From the human T2T-CHM13v2.0 reference genome, Homo sapiens: 64,000 nt of DNA. The position numbers and the translations under genes are program-made. The notes beneath the pieces are model-generated. The model worked only from the letters and a program-made list of their open reading frames with translations. It did no database searches and was not told where the DNA came from. The stretch lies in assembly GCF_009914755.1 (NCBI RefSeq), contig NC_060938.1. One strand, 5' to 3'. This document shows positions 1 through 18,983 of this stretch, piece after piece (the first letter of the stretch is position 1; every line of letters begins with the position of its first letter).

Positions 1-295
<295 letters not shown>

Positions 296-558
296 TCAGG
301 CCAGATACCATCCAGACCCAGTCAGTCACAGGTATTCACATGTAAATATTAATTAAAGTAGCACTGAAATTTTTCACACAAAACAAAAGTGTGATTGGGA
401 GCTTGGTGAGGAAAAGATATAGGTAATTTTATAGCCCTTTTCAAGCAGAACAAACTTCGTCTCCTCTTTCTTAACATTTGGGCTTGATCTTTCCTTCATT
501 ATAAATTTTTCCAAGCCCTAAATTACCTACATCCTCTCTCGGAAATAAAATTTCTCAG

Positions 559-852
559 GGCCAGGCGCGGTGGCTCACGCTTGTAATCCCAGCACTTTGG
601 GAGGCCGAGGCGGGCGGATCACGAGGTCAGGAAATCGAGACCATCCTGGCTAACACGGTGAAACCCTGTCTCTACTAAAAATACAAAAAATTAACCAGGC
701 TTGGTGGCAGGCACCTGTAGTCCCAGCTACTCAGGAGGCTGAGGCAGCAGAATGGCGTGAACCCACGAGGCAGAGCTCGCAGTGAGTCGAGATCGCGCCA
801 CTGCACTGCAGCCTGGGTGACAGAGTGAGACTCCATCTCAAAAAAAAAAAAA
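559..852 (+). mobile_element. Alu (AluY-like)
   Basis: gatcacgaggtcagga...accatcctggctaacacggtg diagnostic positions; A tail. Confidence 0.95.
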
Positions 853-1069
853 TTCTCATAGACCCTATTTTATTTCTTGACACATCTCCAGACTGGCATA
901 GGACCACTCAGATGGGTACAAATAAAAGAATGATAAATGATTGACATTCTAAATATTGAATATCCTACCCTGAGGCTTTTGTTGACTCTTGTTTCCATAT
1001 TAAGCTCATGCTTCTTTTCTCTGTTTATATCACTCAGTCATTCACATTTAGAAAAAGTTTTATGTGTGT

Positions 1070-1365
1070 CTTTTTAAAATTTTTAAATTAAATTGATAAA
1101 AATTAGATATATTTATGACATACAACATAGTATTCTGAAATATGTTTACATTGTGGAATGGCTAAATCAAGCTAATTAACATTACCTCGCATACCATTTG
1201 TTTTGTGGTGAGAACATTTAAAATCTAGTCTCTTAAGTATACTAAAGTATACTATACATTGTTATTAACTATATACTCACCATGTTGTACAAATAGAGCT
1301 CTTGAACTTATTCCTCCTAACTGAAATTTTGTATCCTTTGACCAACATCTCCCCACTCCTCCCTC
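1070..1365 (-). mobile_element. L1MA-type 3' end fragment
   Basis: acattgtggaatggctaaatcaagctaattaac...cttgaacttattcctcctaactgaaattttgtatcctttgaccaacatctcccc. Confidence 0.8.
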
Positions 1366-1930
1366 CAACTCATGTCTATTTTTTTAAAGCCATGTATAAG
1401 ATCCTGATTTTCCTATTATTGTGAGTACTTTCAGAGCAGTTTATTCACTGTTCCCACCCGCACCTTCACTAGATAGTAAAGCTCCTCCTGGTATAAGACC
1501 TTTTCTTTCTTTGAGTCTAGCACACTTATGTTCATTCACCATGCTTTTCCTTGTATTTTATTTGTCTTATCGTGTCCTTTTTCCTACCTTTCCTGTTCCT
1601 CTAGGATAAGGACTGTCACACAGATTTCAGTGCCTATAGCACAATGCTTAGCCCATTAAATGAGTGAATAGTTGTTAAAGCCAATTAGGTTGAATAATAC
1701 TAACCTGTACTGAATTACACTGGTGCAGATAGTGGGACCTTCCATTCCATATGACAACTGTATAATGTTCTTAGCTCAGGGATATACTATATTTAGCTAG
1801 ATTTATGAAAGTTTAAATCCTCCTATAAAACATCTAAATAAGAATAACCCAATTAAATTAGAAAAGTTCATTGTTTGTTGGTTTGCTTTTTGTTATTTTA
1901 TTATTTTATTTTATTTTATTTTAGATATTT

Positions 1931-2220
1931 GGCCAGACACGGTGGCTCATGCCTGTAATCCCAGCACTTTGGGAGGCCGAGGTGGGCAAATCATTTTAGG
2001 TCAGGGGTTCGAGAACAGCCTGGCCAACATGGTGAAACCCTGTCTCTACTAAAAATTCAAAAAAAATTAGCCGGGCATGGTGGCAGGTGCCTGTAATCCC
2101 AGCTACTGGGAGGCTGAGGCAGGAAAACCGCTTGAACCCGGGAGGCGGAGGTTGCAGTGAGCCAAGATCACACCACTGTACTCCAGCCTGGGTGACTGAG
2201 CAAGACTCCATCTCAAAAAA
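1931..2220 (+). mobile_element. Alu
   Basis: Alu dimer. Confidence 0.93.
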
Positions 2221-2946
2221 CGAAAATATATTATATATATATATTTATTTACTAGAACTACTATTCGTAGGTAATTTTTGTTTCATAATTTCTCTTTTAT
2301 CTGAGTTACTGAGTATTCTGCTTTTATTATACATTATCTCTGATCATCTGGTTCATACAATTATGTGATTAGGCTACTAATTCACTTATGAAAATTCTAA
2401 GTACTAATTCACTGAGGTACTAGTGAAAGCCAAGTTATGAAAACCATACTAGTGAAGACCTGGTTTTCACTAGTACAAAGAGGACATATAATAGCCTTAG
2501 TTAAGGCTACATAATTTGATATATAATAGGGAATAATAAATCTTGAAAACAAAAATTTCAGAACTTTTTACAAGTGGCTGAAATGCAACATGAATATGTT
2601 TCCTCCAAAACTTTTTTTTTTTAATTTTTAGAGAAGGGGGTCTTGCTGTGTTGCCCAGGTTGGACTTGAATTCCTAGGCTCAAACAATCCTCCCATCTTA
2701 GCCCCCTGATTAGATGACAGGCACATGCCACCATGACTGGCTTCCCAAAACTTTTAATGAAATAAAATAGTGTGGTATTTTATTACATAAACATTTAATA
2801 AGGGATATTGACAGACAATGGGCTAAGCAGATGACAAGATGAGGAAGAAGGGAGGGTATTTACTATGGTGACTGTCCACCTTACTCCTGGTTTTACAGTT
2901 AGGCTTTCACTACTCATCCATAATATTTAGTTACAAATTTGTTAGA

Positions 2947-2957
2947 GTGACTCAGCA
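2947..2957 (+). promoter_or_regulatory. Consensus antioxidant response element / AP-1 site (GTGACTCAGCA)
   Basis: Exact RTGACTCAGCA match in non-repeat sequence; function not shown. Confidence 0.4.
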
Positions 2958-3129
2958 GGTGAACTGCTTTCTGACGAGGATGAACAGCCCTTCTGACAGG
3001 GGGGTTTAAACCACAGATTGTCCATTTCATTCTATTTTGGGGGGAATATTATATTCTCTTAACCTCCTATGCTATCCATGTTAGACTCTATATGCAGAGG
3101 CTACCAAATCCTAAAACTAGGGGGAAAAA

Positions 3130-3270
3130 AGTAGTTAACCCCTTTACATTATAGATGAGAAAATTTAGGTCCAGGAAGCTTGTCACACATCTAAATCACA
3201 GAACTAGCTAGCAGCAAAGCTAAAACTTAATCTAATTACCATGCCTCCAGTTTCTATACCTTTCACTCTT
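3130..3270. mobile_element. MIR fragment (others at ~8945-9150, 14430-14610, 16130-16260, 26090-26290, 28720-28920)
   Basis: Core motifs of the type ttacagatgagaaaa / gaggattaaatgagataat. Confidence 0.6.
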
Positions 3271-3360
3271 TCAGCTACCCTTCAGTTTTTGCATATATAC
3301 CAGTAATTTGTATGACTTGGAGATTCTGGGATTGGCTCAATTCACCAGAAAATAGATTTC

Positions 3361-4068
<708 letters not shown>

Positions 4069-4400
4069 TAACTAATATTTTTATAGCACTTCTTTTCCTG
4101 AAAAAAATGCCCTTCTGAATTGTTATAGCACTTTAAAAAGGAATTTCACATATTTTGAGATAAGCAGCTGGTCTGCTATCTCACACTCATACTAATAATT
4201 ATTTTATTATGGTGGGGTCCTGTATGGGAATCTAAGCAGCTGAGGAAGCAAGGCTAGGTACTTGGCGGGTTCATTTGGGTGGAGGCTTTTTTTGTGTGTG
4301 TGTTTTGTTGTTTTGTAAAACTGCCTGGGGCCAAGAGATTGGAAGTTACGGATAAAGATATACTATCTTTCCAAAGAGGTCCTTTCTTTGAACAGCTAGA

Positions 4401-4622
4401 TCTGCAGTCCTTACCTGAAGATGATTTTGCTCATTCCTCCCCATGACCTTTGGTGATGTCTGGAGACATTTTTGATTGTCACATTGGGGAGGGTGATGCT
4501 ACTGGCACGTAGTGGGTAGAGGCTGGGGATGCTTCTAAACATCCTATGATGCACAGGACAGTCCCCACAAGAATTATCCAGCCCAAATGTCAATAGTGCC
4601 AAGGATGAGAAATTATAAGCTA
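4401..4622. mobile_element. MER20 hAT-Charlie DNA transposon fossil
   Basis: gatgtctggagacatttttgattgtcac...gctactggca...cccaaatgtcaatagtgccaagg. Confidence 0.8.
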
Positions 4623-4698
4623 GAGAAAGAAGAATTCATTGACGAGCTGGAGGAAGCTTCTTGAATTATTATTTATGTTATATATTTAAGAACTTAGA

Positions 4699-5000
4699 GG
4701 CGGGGCACGGTTGCTCACGCCTGTAATCCTAGCACTTTGGAAGGCTGAGAAAGGTGGATCACCTGAGGTCAGGTGTTCAAGACCAGCTTGGCCAATGTGG
4801 CGAAACCCCGTCTCTACTAACAATACAAAAATTAGCCGGGCGTGGTGGCTGGCACCTGTAATCCCAGATACTGGGGAGGCTGAGGGAGGAGTATCGCTTG
4901 AACCCGGGGAGCGGAGGTTGCAGTGAGCCGAGATTGCGCCACTTTACTCCAGCCTGGGCAAAAGAGCGAAACTCCGTCTCAAACAAAAACAAAAACAAAA
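4699..5000 (+). mobile_element. Alu
   Basis: Alu dimer with TSD AAGAACTTAGA. Confidence 0.95.
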
Positions 5001-5269
5001 GAACTTAGAAAAGGAAGTAAGTCACACACAGTAACCGTTTTTTCTTTTGGGGTATGGCTAGTAGTTTCTAGGAATCCTGGAGACTTTATCTGGATTTCAG
5101 TTAGGCATTTCACCAGTTCTCATGGCATCTTTATGGAGGAATATGGGCCAAGAAGACAGTTCGGTTGTGTCGTCCACCTGTATTCGAAGCCTACTGAGAA
5201 ATTTTTGATGGCAGGAGCATTAAGGTCTTTAGTGGCATGCAGCAGAGTTCTGTCCTCCGCTCTGTCTTA

Positions 5270-5750
5270 TTAAACACTTGGACAGAATGCTGATCAGATT
5301 TGAGAAGGATAACAAATCTGGGAAGGGTAGGCATCCCCAAAGATCTTCACCACCAGGAACAACGGTTTGCTTCGTTCAGGCCATCACAGTGTCCTTAGTG
5401 AGGGACACCACAACCCATAGGCTGTCCAGAGGAGCGTAATGGGGAAGAATGTGAAAGAGCTTGAAAATCAGGACCTGAGGACATTGCGAGATGGAAAAAC
5501 ACCGTGGGACAAAATGAGGAAAACCGAGAGAAATGGAAATGGCATATACGAAGGCTTTGAGGGAGGACTGTGCCCCTGGGGGAAACTGTGCCCCCGGGCT
5601 GGAGTCACAGGCATAGTTTGGCCTCATAGAAGGAGAGGTCGATTAACAAACCTTGCAAGTGTTCAAATGTGGAATGGGCTTGCTCGGAAGGTACTGTCAA
5701 GACAGAGACCATCCGAGGGCTTTTATTGCAAGTGTCGAGACACATTGCTG
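5270..5750 (+). mobile_element. Possible highly degenerate L3/CR1 remnant upstream of the promoter
   Basis: gtggaatgggcttgctcggaaggta and gatcagatttgagaaggataacaaatctggga resemble CR1/L3 segments. Confidence 0.4.
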
Positions 5751-6159
5751 GTGTTTCTCCTTAGAACGTCCTCCAATCTGCTCTGACTTCCGCCCGCACC
5801 CGCCTGAGTCCTGCCCCATTCCAAGGGTGGCACATCCAGGTCCCGAGGGCGCCAGCCATGCCCGGAGCACGGGCTGATCTGCGTAACTCTGTCCCTTCGG
5901 GAGACTTCTGGGAAATAGTTCTAGTCCTTGCTATCCTTGCTTTCTGGTTTTCAGAAATCAGTGCAGCTGCTGGCTTTATGCAGTCTTCTGCGGGACACTG
6001 CACACATCCAGGTGTTTATGTCATTTTTTAAAAAAAACAAATGTTAGATTGGGTGACTAACTTGACAGGACATGAGGAATCTCTTCAAGAGGAATCAGAT
6101 TTTCTTCAGGATACGTCATCCAGAGACAAGAGCCAAGGGATGTAGAAACCCAGGGAAGC

Positions 6160-7060
6160 CTCGCGTCCCCACAAAGCCCGCCGGCCAAATCCCGAAGGGG
6201 CTCTACCGGGCCAGCTAGCCCGGAGCAGTCCGCGTTTTAGACTTAGAGGCGCGCGACTGCGCGCACCCGGCTGGAGCTGCGGAGAGGACCAATGAGCGGG
6301 CGCTCTCTCCGCTCCGGCTCGGGATTGGGCAAGCCGCGCCAGCCTCTCACGGGCGGGGTGGGACTCGGATCCGCGCGCCCACTGCGCCAGAGTCCCGGGG
6401 GCGCGTGCGCGGTCTCGCGGCGGCCGCAGGGGCCGGTCTCGCGCGGTCTAGAAGTGGAGTTGCTGGCGGCTGCGGCGGTGACGGCGGCGACGGAGGAGGC
6501 AGGCGGTGGGGCGGGGGCGGGGACTAAGGATTCTGAGGTGGGGAGTCGGGAGTTTCTGGATTCTTTATCCGGAATTTCAAGGGCCGCCGGAGGGCTGTCG
6601 CTTCTGCAGTGCGTAGGAGCGGCCGGGGCGGGAGGCTCCGCGGAGCCGAGGCGTGGAGGTAAGAGGCGGATCGGCGGCGGCTGGGCTGTAGAGATCTTAA
6701 TCAACAGGTCCCTGGGAGCGCGGCGGGGGAGGGGCGGGCGGCCGGGCTCCCCTTCCCCCACACGCTGCGCAAACTCCGGCCAGCGGGAGACCCCTGGCAG
6801 CCAGGCGGGCTTCCTCAGGCGCGCGAGCTGCGGCCGTGGAGGGTGTGAGCCCAACCTTTGTCCCTCGGAGCAACGCTGCCTGCGCGGTGCCCGCTCCTTC
6901 TGCTTGGCTGGGCATGCACCTTGGCGCGGGCCACAGCCAGCCGAGCCCGAGGTGCAGGGGGCGCGGCGGGGAGTCGTCTGCCCCCTGCGCCCTCTCTCCG
7001 AGGTCGCGACGCGCGGGACTCTCCCGGCCGGGTCTGGGAAATCGGCGAGGGAACGCTTTC
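6160..7060. promoter_or_regulatory. CpG island / PALS1 promoter
   Basis: Very high GC and CpG density. CCAAT at 6289-6293, ATTGG at 6324-6328, GC box GGGCGGGG at 6351-6358, NRF1-like GCGCGTGCGC at 6401-6410. No TATA box seen. Confidence 0.93.
6450..6658 (+). other. PALS1: PALS1 exon 1 (5' leader); start approximate
   Basis: Inside the CpG island, downstream of CCAAT/GC/NRF1 motifs. Strong donor GAG|GTAAGA at 6658/6659. Confidence 0.85.
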
Positions 7061-8313
7061 CTTTAGAAGTCAGAATGTAGTCAGCGTTCCTCTGCCTGAC
7101 TCAGCTGCTGGTATTCTGCTGCTCATTGCGTTCTTAAACACGCAAACAGTTCCTGCTTCCTTGTGACCACTTTAAAAGAAAAGCCTAGTTTTGTTCATGG
7201 TTTCTGATACTTTAAGGTTGCACGTTGAACTTTGAAGCATGTAAATTGTTATAACCTACGTTTAATGAAGTTTGCTTTAAACGATCTTTGTAGTAAATTA
7301 TGTAACTTTCTAATGATCATAACTCACCTTCTGTTGATTGACATACAGTAATGTGTACGGAATGTAGGTTTCGGTCAAAAGGTTTTTCTTGGCAGTTTAT
7401 GCTAAAATTAAAATCTGATGGCTAGGAAGTTTTTAGATGTAGTATGGAGTGTGTGTTTTGTCTCCATACTCGTTTAGAATAGTAAGAATTTAGATTTGGA
7501 AAGTCAGTTGAACAAAAATTTTGAAATTTTGATTTGACTGACGCAGTGAAAGGTGTTAATATTTCTGATTTTTTAAAAAAGCAATATCATGTTTTAATGA
7601 TAGTTTACTAATTATGCTTTTGGATTATACCAGAAGTTAATAACCTGTTAAATTATGCAATAGGAACAAATGACGTGTTGGTTATTGGTGTCTTTGAAGT
7701 ATTGGTGGTAATGAAACTTATTAAATAAGCTTCCTTGAATTAAGAACTACGATTTTTTTTTTTTACTAGATCCCTGTGGACATAGCTATTGTGGATAGGT
7801 TTTATAGGCTTTCTATTTGCGGCAGGATGAGCTATTAAATTATAATGTAAGAGATTTATAGATAAAACAGGCAAAAATAGGAAAAGCAATTCATTATTTT
7901 ATCTTTAAAAATCTGGTAAATTTTACCATGTACCTGAATTAGTTTTGGCAAGACGGACTTGAACTTGACAAATTAAGGTGGATTGATTAACATTAATTTG
8001 TTTTAGAATGTTAAAACGGGAGAGAATATATAAGTTCTACTTGAGGGTGACCCAAGTCAGTACAGTGGGTTTAGCTTTTACATGATCTTGAATTATGATT
8101 TTGATTAAAAATCTCATCACAGGGGCACGTGTTTTCAGGATCTCCTGAGGGCTGTGTCATGGAAAAAATAAAATTTATCACCCATTCCAAGAAATTTGAT
8201 CAATTTTATATATTATTTACTGAAATGCCCTATTTCTCTGATATTTTCTGATTTCAGAGTGTCTAGAAAAAAATAGTATCTTGACATATGTGCTTATATA
8301 GAATATAATTGTC

Positions 8314-8920
<607 letters not shown>

Positions 8921-9893
8921 CTTATGATTTTTGATCATATACTTACTGAATCATAGGATCGTTGAGTTGGAAGTAATCTTAGTGGTTATATAGTCTAACC
9001 TCTTCATTTTCCACGAAAAAGAAAGTGAGGCTTGCAGGAGTTAAGTAATCCGTAGTCTGACTGCTAGTTAGGGGCAGACTTGGAACTACATGAATGCTAA
9101 AATGCTGTTCTCCATATTCTAAGTCTCCATATTCTAAATTCAGTGCTCTTCTCAGGATGTCTCATTGTTAGATAAACCAATAAGTTGCCTTTTCCAAATC
9201 ACTTAACTGGCAGGATTCTTTCTGTCATGGATTTTTTCCGTTTTCTTTTTTAATAACTACTAACTGCAATTCATTCCCCTACTGAAGAATTTTCAGTTTT
9301 TTAATATTTCAAACAATGTTTAATGAATATCTTTGTGTATGTCTCCTTGAGCGCATGTGTGGACGCTTTCCTAGAATGTATGTATACCTACCTATAAGTG
9401 GAATTGCTGATAATAGGTTGATATGTGTTTTCAACATTACTAGCTACAGCCAAATTACCCTTTTTAATGCTGTAATCATTTACATTCCTGCAAACAGTAT
9501 GAGTGACAGTGGCTTCACATTCTTGCCCACACTGGGCATCGTAAGATTTTAAAATTTTTGCTAATCTGGTGGATGAGAAATGATATAATTGCTTCTTTTC
9601 TTTAAAAAATATTTAACTCTAATTTACATGAAATGAAGTTAACTTTTCATTGTACAATTCCAACTCAGAGAGCTGTGCAACTACCACAATCAAGGTAAAG
9701 AACAGTTCCATCACCTATCCATTCACCAGTTGAAGGACATTTGAGTTGTTTTCAGGTTTTTTGTGACTGAATAAAGTGGCTGTAAATCTTTGCAAATAGG
9801 TTTTTGTGTAAACCTAAGTTTTTGTTTCTCTTAAGTAGATGGAATATGGTAGGTATAGCCTAATTTTATCTTAAAATTAAAAAAAGACCTATC

Positions 9894-10348
9894 TGTGGTA
9901 GACAGAATAAAGGTCTTCAAAGATATCCTAATCCCTGGAACCTGTGAATATGTTTGCTTAAGTGGCAAAGGCTTATTTAGGTTGCTAATCAGATGACTTT
10001 AGGGAGATTATTGTGGATTATTCAGGTGGTCCCAGTGTATCACAGAATCTTTAAAAAAGGAAAGAGAGAGGCAGAAGAGTAGAGTCAGGAAAAAAAGATG
10101 TAACAATTGGTCAGAGAAGTGCAAAGTTGCTGGCTTTGAAGATGGAGGAGAGCAGGCCACAAACTAAGGAATATGAGTGGTGTCTAGAATCTTGAAGAGG
10201 CTCCAGAAAAGAAAGCAGCCCTGCCAGTAATTTTAGCCAAGGGAGACATATGCCAGATTTCTAACCTATAGGACTGTAAAATAATTTCTGTTGTTTTAAG
10301 CCACTAAATTTGTGGCAATTTGTTACATTGGCATAGGAAACTAATACA
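9894..10348 (+). mobile_element. MLT1-family MaLR LTR
   Basis: tgtggtagacagaataa...ccctggaacctgtgaatatg...gttttaagccactaaatttgtggcaatttgttac...ggaaactaataca. Confidence 0.85.
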
Positions 10349-10349
10349 T

Positions 10350-13290
<2,941 letters not shown>

Positions 13291-13756
13291 ACTCTGGGGT
13301 TATTTTAAACAAAAATCATTTTGGATTTTTAAAAACTAATATACATTAACATTTATTCTTAAAAATGAAGGAGCAATGTCACATGCCTGTAGCCCCAGCC
13401 AATTGGGAGGCTGAGGTGGGAGGGTCGCTTGAGCCCAGGAGTTTGAGTCCAGCTGAGCAACATAACAAGATCTCTTTTCTTAAAAAAAAAAGGAAACCAA
13501 ATATAAGATTTTGTGAACTAAAATACTTAATGAAGTCAGTAGAGTCAAGGTATTCATTAACAGTTACCTACCTACATTTTACATTTTAGTAGGACTTAAA
13601 TTTTCTTGATTATGATATAACATTATAAAAATTAAAACATTTGGCTTTCTGTCTCATATAATTTTATAGTTTCTTCTTCAGTTAATAGTCTCAAACACCC
13701 TCAAAGACGTTGAAATTTTGAGGCCTCCAGGGTTCTTGGCATTTTGCTTCTTTAAG

Positions 13757-13936
13757 GCAGGGGTCAACAACTTTCGGTAAGTATTTTAGCTTCGTGGGCC
13801 ATATTGTCTCTGTTGCAAGTACTCAGTTCTGTTGTTAGAGTGGCAGAGGTAGCCAAACAAATGAGCATGACTTTTCCAATAAAACTTTACTTATAAAAAT
13901 AAGGTGTGCCTGATTTGACCTCTGGACTTAGTTTAC
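13757..13936. mobile_element. MER58A-like DNA transposon fossil
   Basis: caggggtcaacaac...gtgggccatattgtctctgttgcaagtactcag...ccaataaaactttactt. Confidence 0.75.
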
Positions 13937-13944
13937 ATACCAAC

Positions 13945-14538
<594 letters not shown>

Positions 14539-16358
14539 TGATTGAAAAATTCAAGCTGAGATATGGAAAGCACCTAGCAAAATATCTGACACATAGCAGA
14601 TACTTAATAAATATTCACTTATTCACTTTTTGTTTCAAGACTGCACAGTGCTTTGTCACAAACCAACAGATGTGAAATAATTAAGGAGAGTCAGGTTTTT
14701 ACAGTTTGTAGTATATCTAATAAGTTCAAATATTAGAAATTTTAATTATGTGTCTATAGTTATCTTTTGAGTTATGCTTTTTTGATATAAATCATAATTG
14801 GCTTCACAATTTGAGAAACTTCACACAAAAAGTTGAGGATTTTGTGTGAAAACATTATATTTTGAGAGTTTTACATTGTCACAGAAAAGGTTTGAGAATG
14901 TAACTTAAAATACATTATTTTGTTTTGATGTAAGAAGTAGGCAATCTGTATTTTGCTTGTGTGTTTTAGAAGTGCCTTTAAGACTGCATTCGTTTAACGT
15001 GATTGCTTCCTATGAATGTAGTGAGCTAGGTGCTCTGCTAGGACTTGGTTGTACTTAGAGTATCCATATTTAGATACTCATTTTTGTGTTATGTTTGAAA
15101 TGTAAGTAACGCTTCGGAAAGTCTTTTTTTCTGAGTTTCTATCAAGATAAAGCTGTTCTATTTTGTTTTTTATGAAGCTGGTTGAGATTCACTAGAGCGA
15201 TTTTATGGCACACAAATGGGTCACATCCTACAACTTGAAAACCATTGATGTAGATAGACGAAAGTAACCCTTCTCCAAGAGGCTGTGTTCATAATTTCAT
15301 TTAAAATTCAGCCACCCACTCTTCCTTCCTCCAGGAACGTTCCATACCCTCCTACTGGCAATAAGTTTTAGTTCTTAAAATTTTAGTAAAGTATGCATTA
15401 ACAATTTATTCTTTTTTGTAACTCATCTGTAAATTATCGAGAGCTGTGACTACTGTTTGATGTTCATTTATGCTCAGAAGTACTAGACACTCAAATATTT
15501 ACTGACCAAAAAAATCTGGAAGAAAATAAGTTATGTGTTAAACAGTGGTTCTTCTGTCTTAGTATTGGAAATCACATTGCCTCACATTGAAAACTGTATA
15601 AACTCCAGTTTATGTGTACTGGACATGCAGATTTAACTGTCTAATATTAAACAAAAAATTCTAGTTAAACAGATTGTTTTGTGATTCTGATAGTCATCTG
15701 GGCCCTTCCTCTGAAACACACACACTGTTCATACAATATGCAGGGATTCATGGAAATAAAGTCATGAACCCCAGATACAGGTCTCTGATCCAGGTGATTC
15801 ATCGACTGTATAAATGACCTGCAAATGTTTTTCACAATAATGATTTGCATAAGGGTAATCAGTACATACTTAGAGTTAACGAAAATAAATTTCATAGTTT
15901 TTGTAGGCATCCTAAAGGAATCTTATCCTTCTGTTTTTTATACCTTATCCTTTTATACTTAAAATTTATAGCAAGATTGATAGTTCATTTGACCAAATCA
16001 CAATACTTTCTGCTTTCCCCTCTTATCCAGAATTGTATCCCTCGCTGTGTCTCTTAATGTGTTATGCTGTATGCTGTATCCTTTGTATGTATTTCTTAAA
16101 TATTAACAACTACATTTCAAGTTCTTTGTCAGCATTCTTCTTTTTACAAATGAGGAAATTGAGGCTCAGAGAGATTAAATATTTTTTCCATAGTCCTATT
16201 ATAAGTGATAGAAAGGAGTTGAATTAATTTTATTTGATCCCAAAGCCCTTGGCTTTTCTGCTTTGTCTGTAATATAGCCTGCCTTAAGACTTATTTTAAC
16301 ATTGTCTTTTTGGTAAGATTAGAAACTTTTTGATGAAAGCCATTTTCCACTTTACCTA

Positions 16359-16682
<324 letters not shown>

Positions 16683-16784
16683 TTAAAGTGAAGAACTTTG
16701 AGCCTGTAAATTGTAAATAAGCTCCTTAAGGGTAGGATAGTGGGTTGTATCTTTTTGTCTTAGTATGTCAGCCCTTAATATGGC

Positions 16785-17850
<1,066 letters not shown>

Positions 17851-18688
17851 AAAAGCTCGGAATGGCACATAGTAGATGCTTGGTTTCAATTTGTACTTTT
17901 ATCATTTATTTGTTTAAACTTTAGCCTTGCTGTGAGCTAAATATTAGAGACTGTTCTGTTCTAGTCATCTCCCATAAACAGATAATTTGACATTTGAAAC
18001 ACAATTTCATTTATTCTAGGTTGGCCATAAATGTGTTTACTGGGAGGAAATCTAACACTTTCACATGTTCTTGATTAGCTTTTTCTACAAAGACATAACC
18101 ATAAATGTATTAATTTGCTGATGACTTTTTCTTGTTTTTCCATAGGCACATACTGACAGGCTTTACAGTGCAGTTACAGTACTATCACTGACTTACAGTA
18201 CTTTTACAGATTATAGAGTCAGATGTCTGCAGAAATACTCTCTTGACTTGTGTGTGACAATGAACAGGTTAACTTATCAAAGCCTGATTCCTTATCTGCA
18301 GAATGGGGATGCTTAATTCAGTAGGTTTTATTTTGAGGATTGAGATGGTACATCAAGAATGGTAGGCATGGTGTTAGTATATACATATTAAGCACTCTTT
18401 CAATGTTAGATAAGAGATAGGAGTTGTGTGACTTGGTTGTTATAGTCTGAGGTAATGATGAATAATTATAATTGTATGTTGAGGTCAGCTTTCTAATCTC
18501 TGAAATAATAGTGAAAGTCAAATGAGAGAAAACAATTTGTTGTCCTAAACAGTTTACTTATATAGTGAGATTAAGTTCTGTTCAGCTTTATCAGCTTCTC
18601 TATTTGACTCAAGAATTACTCTGGGGTGTTTTTCAGTAGGTTGTTTTCACTACACATTTTTAAATAGACTTTAAAAATGACGTAGTTA

Positions 18689-18983
18689 GGCCAGGCGCAG
18701 CAGCTTATGCCTGTAATCCCAGCACTTTGGGAGACTGAGGCAAGAGGACTGCTTGAGCCCAGGAGTTCCAGACCCGCCTAGACAACATAGTGGGACCCTG
18801 TACCTACAAAAAATACAAAAAAATTAGCTGGGTTTGCATTCCTGTAGTCCCAGCTACTTGGGAGGCTCAGGTGGGAGGATTACCTAAGCCCAGAAAGTCA
18901 AGGCTGTGGTGAGCCATGTTTGTGCTGCTGCTCTTCAGTCTGGGCAACAGTGAGACCCTGTCTCAAAAAGAAAAAAAAAAAAA
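18689..18983 (+). mobile_element. AluJ-like
   Basis: Alu dimer. Confidence 0.9.

Noticed and set aside
6243-7166. Long overlapping ORFs in the CpG island (262 aa +, 203 aa -, and others)
   Set aside because: GC-rich sequence is depleted of stops and the products are G/A/R/P low-complexity. The 262-aa ATG lies in the CCAAT box upstream of the likely TSS and the ORF runs through the exon 1 donor. After splicing that frame stops at once (G|AA TAA).
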